Assembly: GCA_964291495.2 (NCBI GenBank)
Contig: OZ219872.1
Span: forward strand, 160,001 to 224,000
Direction: 5' to 3'
DNA length: 64,000 nucleotides
Origin: Dehalococcoidia bacterium
GTDB taxonomy: Bacteria > Chloroflexota > Dehalococcoidia > UBA2979
The notes beneath the pieces are model-generated. The model made no database searches. It was not told the DNA's origin and saw only the letters and a list, made by a program, of their open reading frames with translations. This document shows positions 8,855 through 17,923 of the stretch, piece by piece; within the stretch, counting starts at the first letter, position 1, and each line of letters starts with the position of its first letter. Both the position numbers and the translations under genes were made by a program.

Positions 8855-9106
8855 GTGAGCGTTCGCGGCTACATCCTCGTCGAGACCGAGGTGGGGAGGA
8901 CACAGGCAGTCGGGCGCGCCATGCGCGACCTCGTCTCCGAGCTCGCCACCGTTACCGCCGTCGATACCGTCACCGGCCCCTACGACGTCATCGTCCAGCT
9001 CGACGCCGAGGACCTCGACCAGCTCGGCAAGTGCATCACCGAGGAGCTCCAGGCCGTCGCCGGCGTGCAACGGACTACTACCTGCCTCGCAGTCTCGCTG
9101 GGCTGA
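8855..9106 (+). CDS. Lrp/AsnC ligand-binding domain protein
   Basis: VRGYILVETEVG..VTGPYDVIV..GVQRTTTCL. SD AGGAG before the GTG, with TACAAT upstream. Confidence 0.88.
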   Translation: MSVRGYILVETEVGRTQAVGRAMRDLVSELATVTAVDTVTGPYDVIVQLDAEDLDQLGKCITEELQAVAGVQRTTTCLAVSLG

Positions 9107-9130
9107 CCGCCGGGTAACTGCGCGCGGATC

Positions 9131-9336
9131 CCCCTCACCCTCGCCCTCTCCCGCCGGGGGAGAGGGGATCGGACCGGATCCTCCCTCACCCTCGCCCTCT
9201 CCCGCCCGGGGAGAGGGGACCGGACCGGATCCTCCCTCACCCTCGCCCTCTCCCTCGGGGAGAGGGGACCGGATGGGTGCCGCTGCCCGGGTCCCCTCAC
9301 CCTCGCCCTCTCCCCGGGGAGAGGGGGCTGGAGGGG
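9131..9336. repeat. Array of 4 REP-like palindromes
   Basis: Four copies of CCCTCACCCTCGCCCTCTCCC-Nn-GGGAGAGGGG at about 9131, 9183, 9234 and 9293, with near-identical linkers. Confidence 0.9.
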
Positions 9337-9401
9337 AGCCACTGCCCGATCCCCCTCGCGCGGCGCTGGCGCGTGAGCGCCGGCTGGCCGACGCTTGAGG
9401 C

Positions 9402-10310
9402 ATGACGCAGACCATCGCGCTGCTCGGGCATCCCGTCGCCCACTCGATCTCGCCGGCCTTCCAGCAGGCCGCCCTCAACGCGCTCGGCGTCGAGGCGCGC
9501 TACGAGGCCTGGGACACGCCCCCTGAGGACGTGCCGGACGCCCTCGAGCGGCTGCGCGACCCCGCCGTGCTCGGCGCGAACGTCACCGTCCCCCACAAGC
9601 TCGAGGCGCTGCGGCTCGCCGACTCCGCCGACGCCGTCGCGCGGCGCATCGGCGCGGCTAACACGCTCATCCGCCGCGAGGACGGCGCGCTGCACGCGAC
9701 CAACACCGACGTCGCCGGGGTGCAGCGCGCCCTCGCCGACGCGGCGGTCGCCCTCGAGGGCGTCGAGGCGGTGCTGCTCGGCGCGGGCGGCGCGGCCCGC
9801 GCGGTCGTCGCGGCGCTGCGCGCGGGCGCCGCGCGCTCGCTCACCGTCGCCAACCGCACGCCGGCGCGCGCCGAGGCGCTGCACGAGGTCGCCGAGGAGG
9901 GCGAGGCGCCGCCTCTCGAGCTGCGCGTCTGCCCGCTGGACGTGGACGCGGGGCCGCTGCGCGCGGCGCTGGAACGGGCAGGGCTGGTGATACACTCGAC
10001 CTCGCTGGGGATGCGCCACGGGCCGGACGAGGCGGCGACACCCCTGCCGGCGGAGTGCTTCCAGCCGGGGCAGGCCGCCTTCGACCTGGTCTACACACCC
10101 GAGCGCACGCCGTTCCTGCACGCCGCCGGAGCCGCGGGCGCCCGGCCGATCGGCGGGTTGGGCATGCTGGTCCACCAGGGCGCAGAGTCGTTCCGCCTCT
10201 GGACCGGCCTCGAGCCCCCGCTCGAGGTGATGTTCGAGGCCGCCCGCGCCGCACTGGCGGCCCAGCAGGGCGCGCCGCAGGGCCGCCTACTTCAGGAGCA
10301 GGCGCCGTGA
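9402..10310 (+). CDS. aroE: Shikimate dehydrogenase
   Basis: GHPVAHSISP, GANVTVPHK, IGAANTL, NTD, LGAGGAARA, DLVYTP, GLGMLVHQG. Confidence 0.97.
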   Translation: MTQTIALLGHPVAHSISPAFQQAALNALGVEARYEAWDTPPEDVPDALERLRDPAVLGANVTVPHKLEALRLADSADAVARRIGAANTLIRREDGALHATNTDVAGVQRALADAAVALEGVEAVLLGAGGAARAVVAALRAGAARSLTVANRTPARAEALHEVAEEGEAPPLELRVCPLDVDAGPLRAALERAGLVIHSTSLGMRHGPDEAATPLPAECFQPGQAAFDLVYTPERTPFLHAAGAAGARPIGGLGMLVHQGAESFRLWTGLEPPLEVMFEAARAALAAQQGAPQGRLLQEQAP

Positions 10311-10963
10311 TCGAGATCGGGATCATCCTGACGGTGCTGATCGGCGGCGCGGTCGGCTGGGTGATCGTCCAGTCCTTCTTCGGCCACCGCTACTGGCGGC
10401 GCGCGATCGCCGCGGGCGACGAGACGGCGATGCGCGCCGCGCTGATCGAGGCGCTCGACACCTGGCGACGGATGCGCCCCGACCGCGACGTGATTCCCTC
10501 GGACTGGCGCGCGCTGCAATCGGCCGGGATCGTCGCCGCCGACAGCACGCGCTGCCGCGTCTCGCTGCTCGCCGACCCCGACATCCGCGTCGTCGACGGC
10601 GTGCGCGACGAGGTCGGCGGCGCGATCCACGTCGCGCGCCGCTCCGCCGTGCTGATGGCCGAGCGCCTGCTCTACGAGATCCCGCTGATCCGCTTCGACG
10701 CCGTGCAGGTCGACGTCTACACCGAGTACCGCGGCCCCGAGGGCGTCACGGAGTCCGTCTGCCTGCTCACCACGCAGCTGACGCGCGAGCAAGGCGCGGA
10801 CACCTACTGGGACGAGCTCGGCTTCGAGGAGATCCTCGCGACCTGGCAGACGCGCGAGCGCCAGACCGACGCGCCGCTCGACCCCGAGGAGGGCGCGCTG
10901 ATCGCGCCGGAGGAGGACGCCCAACCGGCAGCAGCGCCGGCGAGCGTGGAGGGCGCATCGTGA
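10307..10963 (+). CDS. Membrane-anchored hypothetical protein
   Basis: N-terminal transmembrane segment IGIILTVLIGGAVGWVIV. GTGA overlaps with both aroE and aroC. Confidence 0.75.
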   Translation: MIEIGIILTVLIGGAVGWVIVQSFFGHRYWRRAIAAGDETAMRAALIEALDTWRRMRPDRDVIPSDWRALQSAGIVAADSTRCRVSLLADPDIRVVDGVRDEVGGAIHVARRSAVLMAERLLYEIPLIRFDAVQVDVYTEYRGPEGVTESVCLLTTQLTREQGADTYWDELGFEEILATWQTRERQTDAPLDPEEGALIAPEEDAQPAAAPASVEGAS

Positions 10964-12144
10964 GCCGCTTCCGCTTCCTCACCGCGGGCGAGTCGCACGG
11001 CAAGGCGCTGACCGTGATCATCGAGGGCGTCCCCGCCGGGCTGCGCATCGACGAGGAGATGATCGCGGTCGACCTCGGGCGCAGGCAGCGCGGCTACGGC
11101 CGCGGCAAGCGCCAGCAGATCGAGACCGACCGCGCAGAGATCACCTCTGGCGTGCGCCACGGCCGCACGATCGGATCGCCGATCGCGCTCTGGCTGCGCA
11201 ACAAGGACCACGACAACGCCAACTGGCGCGTGCGCATGGCCACCGAGGAGGTCGACCAGGAGGTCGAGCGCGTCACGCTGCTGCGGCCCGGCCACGCCGA
11301 CCTCGCCGGCACGCAGAAGTACCAGCTCGACGACGTGCGTCAGATCCTCGAGCGATCGAGCGCGCGCGAGACCGCGATGCGCGTCGCCGCCGGGGCGATC
11401 GCGCGCGCGCTGCTCGCCGAGCTCGGCGTCGCGGTGCACTCGCACACGATCGCGATCGGCGACGTCGAGGCCGCCCCGCCGGAGGGCGCGATCAACTGGG
11501 AGGCCGTCGAGGCCTCGCCGGTGCGGGTCGCCGACCGCGAGGCGGAGCCGCGCATGATCGCCGCGATCGACGCCGCGAAGGAGGCGCTCGACAGCCTCGG
11601 CGGCATCTTCGAGGTGCGCGCGGGCGGACTGCCGTTCGGCCTCGGGGCGCACGTGCAGTGGGACCGGCGGCTGGACGGGCGGATCGCGCAGGCGATCCTC
11701 GCGATCAACGCCGTCAAGGGCGTCGAGATCGGGCCCGCCTTCGACAACACGCGGAAGCCCGGCTCCGAGGTCCATGACCAGCTGCTGCCCGCCTCGCAGT
11801 GGAGCGAGCGGCCCTGGGAGCGGCGCACCAACCGCGCGGGCGGCCTCGAGGCGGGCATGACCAACGGCGAGGAGTTGATCGTGCGCGGCGCGCTCAAGCC
11901 GATCGCCACCCTCGCCCGCCGCCTGCCCACCGCCGACCTGCTGACCGGCGAGGAGGCCCAGGCCTTCTTCGAGCGCGCCGACACCTGCGTGGTGCCCGCG
12001 GCGGGCGTGATCGGCGAGGCGATGGTCCTGGTGACGCTGGCCGACGCCGCCCTCGAGAAGTTCGGCGGCGACCACATCGACGAGTTCCTGCGCAACCATG
12101 AGGCCTTCCAGGCGACGGTCGGCCCGCGCGAGCCCGAAGCATGA
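10960..12144 (+). CDS. aroC: Chorismate synthase
   Basis: FLTAGESHG, RPGHADL, ERSSARETA, NRAGGLEAGMTNG. Confidence 0.98.
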   Translation: MSRFRFLTAGESHGKALTVIIEGVPAGLRIDEEMIAVDLGRRQRGYGRGKRQQIETDRAEITSGVRHGRTIGSPIALWLRNKDHDNANWRVRMATEEVDQEVERVTLLRPGHADLAGTQKYQLDDVRQILERSSARETAMRVAAGAIARALLAELGVAVHSHTIAIGDVEAAPPEGAINWEAVEASPVRVADREAEPRMIAAIDAAKEALDSLGGIFEVRAGGLPFGLGAHVQWDRRLDGRIAQAILAINAVKGVEIGPAFDNTRKPGSEVHDQLLPASQWSERPWERRTNRAGGLEAGMTNGEELIVRGALKPIATLARRLPTADLLTGEEAQAFFERADTCVVPAAGVIGEAMVLVTLADAALEKFGGDHIDEFLRNHEAFQATVGPREPEA

Positions 12145-13826
12145 GCGCGGACATGCCGATGCAGCAGATCGTGCTGATCGGCCTTAGCGGCGTCGGCAAA
12201 TCCTCGGTGGGCGCGATCCTCGCCGAGCGCCTCGGCTGGCCGCTGATCGACACCGACGACCTCGTGACGGAGCTGGAGGGCGAGTCGCCGGCGGAGCTGA
12301 TCACCACCCGTGGCGAGCCGGCCTTCCGCAAGATCGAGGAGCGCGTCGTGGCCGAGGCCGCGCGGCGCACGCCGGCGGTGATCTCGCTCGGCGGCGGCGC
12401 CTTCCTCAGCCCCCGCTCGCGGCGCGCCCTCGGGGAGCGCGGGCTGATCTGCTGGCTCGACGCCGCGCCCGCGGAGATTGCGCGCCGCCTGCGCGAGGCA
12501 CCCGACTCCACGGAGCGCCCGCTGCTGGGCGAGGACCTCGAGGGCCGCTTGCAGCAGCTGAGCGACGAGCGGCGCATCCACTACAGCCAGGCCGACCTCT
12601 GGACGCCCGCGCAGGGCCTCACGCCGGAGGACGTGGCGGACCGCATCCTGCAGGCCTGGTCGGGCGGGGCGGACGTGCCCGCCGGCGGACCGCGCCGCCT
12701 CGAGCGCCTCGGCAGCGCCCAGCCCGCCGCCGGCCCAGCCGCAATCGTCGACACGGGCGGCGAGCGTTACCCGATCTGGGTCGGCGCCGGCGAGCTGATG
12801 CGTCTGCCGGAGCGGCTGCGCCTGCTCGGCCTCGAGGGCTCCGTCTACGTGATCGCCGACGAGTCGGTGATGGAGGCGCACGGCGAGCTGCTCGTCGACG
12901 CGCTCGACAGCGGCGGCTTCCGCGGCGCCTCCTACGTCGTCCCGCCGGGCGAGACCTCGAAGAGCCTGCGCGCCGCCGAGGAGATCTACGGCTGGCTCGC
13001 GCAGTCGCGCGCCGAGCGTCGCGACACGGTGCTCGCCTTCGGCGGCGGAGTGGTCGGCGACCTCGCCGGCTACGTCGCGGCCACCTACCTGCGCGGGATG
13101 CCGTTCGTGCAGGTGCCGACCTCGGTGCTGGCGATGAACGACGCGGCGATCGGCGGCAAGGTCGCCGTCGACCTGACCGGCGGCAAGAACCTCGTCGGCG
13201 CCTTCCACCAGCCGCGCGCCGTGCTCTCCGACATCGACCTGCTGCGCACGCTGCCGCGCCGCGCCTTCACCGAGGGCCTGGCCGAGGTGGTGAAGCACGC
13301 GCTGATCCTCGACCCGCTGCTGCTCGGCGAGATCGAGCGGCACGCCGGCGACCTCGGCGGTCCGGCGCCGGACCAGGAGCTGCTGACGCACGTGATCGCG
13401 CGATCCTCGCGGCTCAAGGCGCTGATCGTCTCCGCCGACCCGAAGGAGCGCGGGCTGCGCGCGATCCTCAACTACGGACACACCATCGGCCACGCCATCG
13501 AGGCGGTGACCGGCTACGAGGATTACCTGCACGGCGAGGCGGTCTCCGTCGGGATGATGGGTGCGGCCCGCATCGCCGAGCGCATGGGCATCCTCGACAA
13601 CGAGGTCGTCGCCCGCCAGGCGGACGTGCTGCGCACGCTCGGCCTGCCGCTCGCCGCGCCGGGAGTGAACGCCGAGGCGGTGATGGAGACGATGCTCCTC
13701 GACAAGAAGGTCGAGGCCGGACGGCTGCGCTTCGTGCTGCTCGAGGAGATCGGGCGTCCGATCGTGCACGGCGACGTGCCGGGCGAGATCGTGCGCGACG
13801 TCGTGCGCACGCTCACCGCCGGATAG
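12141..13826 (+). CDS. aroB: Fused shikimate kinase / 3-dehydroquinate synthase (AroK-AroB)
   Basis: N-terminal GLSGVGKS, DTD, GGG and RPLL. C-terminal GGGVVGDL, DAAIGGK, KNLVGAFHQP and LNYGHTIGHA. Confidence 0.95.
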   Translation: MSADMPMQQIVLIGLSGVGKSSVGAILAERLGWPLIDTDDLVTELEGESPAELITTRGEPAFRKIEERVVAEAARRTPAVISLGGGAFLSPRSRRALGERGLICWLDAAPAEIARRLREAPDSTERPLLGEDLEGRLQQLSDERRIHYSQADLWTPAQGLTPEDVADRILQAWSGGADVPAGGPRRLERLGSAQPAAGPAAIVDTGGERYPIWVGAGELMRLPERLRLLGLEGSVYVIADESVMEAHGELLVDALDSGGFRGASYVVPPGETSKSLRAAEEIYGWLAQSRAERRDTVLAFGGGVVGDLAGYVAATYLRGMPFVQVPTSVLAMNDAAIGGKVAVDLTGGKNLVGAFHQPRAVLSDIDLLRTLPRRAFTEGLAEVVKHALILDPLLLGEIERHAGDLGGPAPDQELLTHVIARSSRLKALIVSADPKERGLRAILNYGHTIGHAIEAVTGYEDYLHGEAVSVGMMGAARIAERMGILDNEVVARQADVLRTLGLPLAAPGVNAEAVMETMLLDKKVEAGRLRFVLLEEIGRPIVHGDVPGEIVRDVVRTLTAG

Positions 13827-13836
13827 GCCGGACCAC

Positions 13837-14166
13837 GTGGTCCTGGGCAACGGTGCGGAGGAGAGCGGCGTCCTCGCCGACCCGCGCCGTCCTCGCCGCC
13901 TCGTCGCGAAGGCCGTCGGGCGCGTCCAGGGCGTCGGCTACCGCGCCTTCTGCGCCGACGAGGCGCTGCGCCTGCACGTCGACGGCTACGCCCGCAACCT
14001 GCCCGACGGCCGCAGCGTCGAGGTCCAGGCCGAGGCGGACGAGCCGACGCTGCGCCGCTTCATCGAGCGCCTGCGCGAGGGCCCGCGCATGGCCGTCGTG
14101 CATGACGTCGAGTACCGCTGGGAAGAGGCCACCGGCGAGTTCAGCGGCTTCGAAGCGGTGATCTAG
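13837..14166 (+). CDS. acyP: Acylphosphatase
   Basis: GRVQGVGYR..GYARNLPDG.SVEV. Confidence 0.92.
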   Translation: MVLGNGAEESGVLADPRRPRRLVAKAVGRVQGVGYRAFCADEALRLHVDGYARNLPDGRSVEVQAEADEPTLRRFIERLREGPRMAVVHDVEYRWEEATGEFSGFEAVI

Positions 14167-14215
14167 CGCGGACGGTACGGCGAGGGCAGTCGCCGAGGTC
14201 CGACAGGCTCGCCGG

Positions 14216-14455
14216 TTACCCCGGGCGGGCTTCGCGAACCCGGTCGCGCAGCTGGTCGAAGTACGCCGCATCGGCGGTCACCGCCGGCGGCGACGCCGCA
14301 CCCTCGAGGAGCAGGCCGCGCAGGGCCTGGCGATCCTGATCCTTGCGGATCAGCTCGCGCACGTACTCGCTCGACGAGCTGTAGCCCCGCGATCGGACCT
14401 GCTGGTCGACAAAGCCCTTGAGGCCCTCAGGCAGCGAGATGTTCATCGTGCTCAT
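14216..14455 (-). CDS. ParD-family ribbon-helix-helix antitoxin, orphan
   Basis: MSTMNISLPEGLKGFVDQQV..GYSSSSEYVRELIRKDQDR..LRGLLLEGAAS. Confidence 0.88.
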   Translation of the reverse strand: MSTMNISLPEGLKGFVDQQVRSRGYSSSSEYVRELIRKDQDRQALRGLLLEGAASPPAVTADAAYFDQLRDRVREARPG

Positions 14456-14468
14456 GCTGCAAAGGCTA

Positions 14469-14497
14469 GCCTGCTTGGCAAGGTTTGCCAAGCAGGC
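14469..14497. promoter_or_regulatory. Palindromic operator upstream of the antitoxin
   Basis: GCCTGCTTGGCAA-GGT-TTGCCAAGCAGGC with 13-bp arms, adjacent to a -10-like TAGCCT. Confidence 0.65.
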
Positions 14498-14514
14498 CCG
14501 CCGCCACGGCGCCG

Positions 14515-15054
14515 CTACCGCCGCAGCCGCCCTCGCAGCCTCGCGAGCAGCCCGCCGCGGTCCGGCGCACGCTCACCGCGCAGCAGCCGCGCCTCGACCA
14601 GCGCCGCGAGCTCCGCGACCGCCTCGGCGCCGCGCGCCGTGAAGTCGCGCTCGAGGCGTTCCGCCTCGACCGAGGCGAGCAGATCGTCCGGCGCGACTGC
14701 CTCCGCCGTGTTCGCTGGGGCGGCGGTCAACTCGACCGCCGCGACGCCCGGCTCCTCGTAGTCCTCGGCGATCACGAGGTCGGCGCGCGGGTCGAGCGAG
14801 GCGACGAAGGCGGCGAGCGGGGCGGCTCGATCGAGGGGCGCGCTGCCGGGTGCGGGCGTGACGCGGCCCCCGCTTGGGAGCGTCACCGTGGCGCGGCCGT
14901 CGGCGAGCAGCTCGGCCGTCGCGCTGCGCAGGCCGCGCGCGCGCAGCGCCTCGACGAGGGCGATCACGAGCAGGTTGCGCGCCGGGATCTGCGGGCCAAC
15001 GACGCGCAGCACGGGGGGCCCGCCGTCGCGCGATGGCGGAGGATCGGCCGTCAT
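14515..15054 (-). CDS. Degenerate MobB-like protein
   Basis: Coupled to moeA. PPVLRVVG..LVEALRARGLRSA..ADLVIAEDY resembles MobB but has no GKT. Confidence 0.55.
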   Translation of the reverse strand: MTADPPPSRDGGPPVLRVVGPQIPARNLLVIALVEALRARGLRSATAELLADGRATVTLPSGGRVTPAPGSAPLDRAAPLAAFVASLDPRADLVIAEDYEEPGVAAVELTAAPANTAEAVAPDDLLASVEAERLERDFTARGAEAVAELAALVEARLLRGERAPDRGGLLARLRGRLRR

Positions 15055-16361
15055 CGCTCCGGGACGCGGTCGATCAGCAGCACCTCGACCTCGTCGCCCG
15101 GCTCCACCGGCGGCGCGTCCTCCGGCACGACGGCGATGCCGTTGGCGAGGGCGAACGAGGTGAGCACCCCGGAGCCTTGCGGGCCGGTCAGGCGCGCGTG
15201 GTAGCGGCCGTCGCGCCGCTCGACGATGGCGCGGGCGTAGAAGCGGCGCTCGTCCGGCCGGGCGATGCGCTCCCCAGCGATCGCGCGCACGCGAGGGCGC
15301 TCCCAGGCTTGCGGCTTGCCGAGCATGGTGAACACGGCGGGACGGCCGAACAGCTCGAAGGTCATCATCGCGGAGACGGGGTTGCCCGGCAGGCCGAGGT
15401 GCGGCACGACGCGCTCGCCCTCGCCCGCGCTGAAGGTTCCGAAGGCGAGCGGCTTGCCGGGCCGCATCCGCACCGTCCAGAAGCCGACCTCGCCCTCGCG
15501 GGCCAGCACCTCCTTGACCACGTCGAAGTCGCCGCGCGAGACGCCCGCCGAGGTCACCAGCAGGTCCGCGTCCGCGACGCCCTCGCGGACGCGGGCGGTC
15601 AGCGCCTCGACGCTGTCACCGGCAATGTCCAGCACCAGCGGCTCGGCCCCCATCTCGCGCACCATCGAGGCGAGCGAGAAGCCGTTGGAGTCGTAGATCG
15701 CGCCGGGCCGCAGCGGCTCCCCCGGCCGCAGCAGCTCGTCGCCGGTCGAGAGGACGGCGACGCGCGGACGGCGGATCACCGTGACGTGCTCGAGGCCGAG
15801 CGAGGCGAGCACGCCGATCTGCGCCGGGCCGAGGATCGTCCCGGCCAGCAGCACCAGCTCTCCCGCCCGCACGTCCTCGCCGGCCGGGCGCACGTTGGCG
15901 CCGGGCGCGGCGGCGACGTCGATCCGGACGTCGGCGCGGGGGTCGTCCTCCCAGCGGGTGGACTGCTCCTCCTCGTCGGTTTCCTCGAACGGGACGATCG
16001 CGTCGGCGCCGTCGGGGAGCGGCGCACCGGTCATGATCCGCACGGCCTCGCCGGGGCCGACCAGGCCCTTGTAGACCGACCCCGCCGCGAGGTAGCCGGT
16101 GACGCGCAGCCGGCGCGGGCTGGCCGGCGCGGCGCCCGTGGTGTCCGCGGAGCGGACCGCGTACCCGTCCATCGAGGTATTCGCGAGCGGCGGGATGTCG
16201 AAGCCGCCCCGCACGTCCTCAGCCAGCACCTGGCCGAGCGTCTCGAGCAGCGGCGCGGCGACCGCCTCGAGGGGCGCGAAGTGCGCGAGGATCCGCGCGC
16301 GGGCCTCCTCCACGGAGATCATGTCGGCGGGCAGGACGTGGCGGTGCTCGGGCTCGCTCAT
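15051..16361 (-). CDS. moeA: Molybdopterin molybdenumtransferase
   Basis: SMDGYAVR, RIMTGAPLP, STGDEL, YDSN, MRPGKP, GLPGNPVS, QGSGVLTS. Confidence 0.97.
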   Translation of the reverse strand: MSEPEHRHVLPADMISVEEARARILAHFAPLEAVAAPLLETLGQVLAEDVRGGFDIPPLANTSMDGYAVRSADTTGAAPASPRRLRVTGYLAAGSVYKGLVGPGEAVRIMTGAPLPDGADAIVPFEETDEEEQSTRWEDDPRADVRIDVAAAPGANVRPAGEDVRAGELVLLAGTILGPAQIGVLASLGLEHVTVIRRPRVAVLSTGDELLRPGEPLRPGAIYDSNGFSLASMVREMGAEPLVLDIAGDSVEALTARVREGVADADLLVTSAGVSRGDFDVVKEVLAREGEVGFWTVRMRPGKPLAFGTFSAGEGERVVPHLGLPGNPVSAMMTFELFGRPAVFTMLGKPQAWERPRVRAIAGERIARPDERRFYARAIVERRDGRYHARLTGPQGSGVLTSFALANGIAVVPEDAPPVEPGDEVEVLLIDRVPER

Positions 16362-16400
16362 GCCTCGATCATACGGCCTCGCCGCACATCGGCGGCGGCG

Positions 16401-17501
16401 CTATTGCCCGACGTACTCGGCCACGTTCTCGTTGTGCTCGGCGAGCGTCTCGGCGAAGGCGTGCGAGCCGTCGCCGCGCGCCACGAAGTAGAAGTAGTCC
16501 GTATCCGCGGGGCTCAGCACCGCCTCGATGGCGGCCAGGCCCGGACTGGCGATCGGCCCGGGCGGCAGACCCGCCACGAGGTACGTGTTGTACGGCGACT
16601 GGAAGGCGAGATCGTCGAGCGTCAGGCCGACCTTCCACCAGCCATCCCGCGGCTCCCCGCTGCTCTGCGTCGTGATCGCGTACTGCACGGTCGGGTCGGC
16701 GTAGAGACTGACGCCCGCCTCGAGGCGGTTGAGGTAGACGGAGGCGACGATCGGCATCTCCTCGCGCAGCAGCGTCTCGCGTTCGACGATCGAGGCGAGC
16801 GTGAGCACCTCGTGCAGCGTGAACTGGGAGAGCGCGATGCGACCGCGCAGCACCTGGTCGAGCGCCTCGTCGAGGGCCTCCAGCATCGCCGCGACGAGGC
16901 TCTCGGCCGTGGTCTCCTCGTCGATCGGGTACGTCGCCGGGAACAGGTAGCCGTTGAGCGTGGCTCCGGACGGGCGGCCTCGAAGGATCGCCTCCGTGCG
17001 CGGCCCGCCGACCGCGAGGTCCCACTCCTCCTGCGTCGCCAGCTCGAGGGCGACGACCGCCTGGCCGATCTCCTCGACGCGCATTCCCTCGTGCACCACG
17101 AAGAAGCGCTCGCGCGGGACGCCCTCGCGCAACTGGCGGATGATCTCGGCCGCCGGGGTGTTCGGGGCGAAGCTGTAGACGTCGGCTCGCAGCTCGGCGC
17201 CGACGCCGATCAACTGCACGAGCGTGCGGAAGCGTTCCTCGCTCTGGAGGACACCGCTCAGCACGAGGCGTGTCGCGATCACGTCGACGCCGTCGCCGGG
17301 CTCGACGGTCACGGTGATCGGTTCGGCCTCGTCGCTGCGGGGGCCCGGCGAGTCCGGGGGAGGCGGGACGCCCGCCGTCATCGCGTCGACCGTGCGCGAC
17401 TGCGTATCGGCCAGCGTGGCGGCGAGCACGGAGATCACGAGGGCGACCCAGACCAGCGACAACACGCCCGCGATCAGGATCGGGTCGAATCTACGGATCA
17501 C
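16401..17501 (-). CDS. mltG: Endolytic transglycosylase MltG (YceG)
   Basis: N-terminal transmembrane segment, NGYLFPATY, TLASIVERE, LYADPTVQY, SPYNTY, GLPPGPIASPG. Confidence 0.95.
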   Translation of the reverse strand: MIRRFDPILIAGVLSLVWVALVISVLAATLADTQSRTVDAMTAGVPPPPDSPGPRSDEAEPITVTVEPGDGVDVIATRLVLSGVLQSEERFRTLVQLIGVGAELRADVYSFAPNTPAAEIIRQLREGVPRERFFVVHEGMRVEEIGQAVVALELATQEEWDLAVGGPRTEAILRGRPSGATLNGYLFPATYPIDEETTAESLVAAMLEALDEALDQVLRGRIALSQFTLHEVLTLASIVERETLLREEMPIVASVYLNRLEAGVSLYADPTVQYAITTQSSGEPRDGWWKVGLTLDDLAFQSPYNTYLVAGLPPGPIASPGLAAIEAVLSPADTDYFYFVARGDGSHAFAETLAEHNENVAEYVGQ

Positions 17502-17910
17502 CGGCGTCGTCCATCCGTGCGCCCTCGCGCAGTCGCCGCCGTCGATCGATGAACTGCTGCAGCAGCAACGCGGCGGCGAGGTCGTCGCTCGCGCGTCGCG
17601 ATGGCGCCGACCGCTCGGCGGCCACCGAGGTCAGGCGTTCGTCTTCGTACTCGACGGGCAGGTCGAGGCGGCGGCGCAGGCGCTCGCCGAGGGCGCGGGC
17701 CGCGGCGGCGGCGGCGCCCTCCTCGCCGCCGAGCAGGCGGGGCAGGCCCACGACGATGCCGCCGACCTCCTCGCGCCGGGCGATGCTGCGAATCGCCGGG
17801 AAGGCGGCGGCGGCGGGCACGACCTCGATCGGCACGGCGACGCGCTCGTCGGGGTCGCACGCGGCGATGCCGATGCGCGCCTCGCCCGGGTCGATGCCCA
17901 GCCACCTCAT
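17491..17910 (-). CDS. ruvX: Holliday junction resolvase-like RuvX/YqgF
   Basis: WLGIDPGEARIGIA, IVVGLP, DERLTS, DDLAAALLLQ. Confidence 0.95.
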   Translation of the reverse strand: MRWLGIDPGEARIGIAACDPDERVAVPIEVVPAAAAFPAIRSIARREEVGGIVVGLPRLLGGEEGAAAAAARALGERLRRRLDLPVEYEDERLTSVAAERSAPSRRASDDLAAALLLQQFIDRRRRLREGARMDDAGDP

Positions 17911-17923
17911 CGCGGGCGTCCCA

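Noticed and set aside
9131-9336. CRISPR array
   Set aside because: Linkers are short and near-identical rather than unique spacers, the unit is dispersed elsewhere in the window, and there are no cas genes.
12141-13826. AroK-AroB fusion as a novelty
   Set aside because: This fusion is already known in several bacterial phyla.
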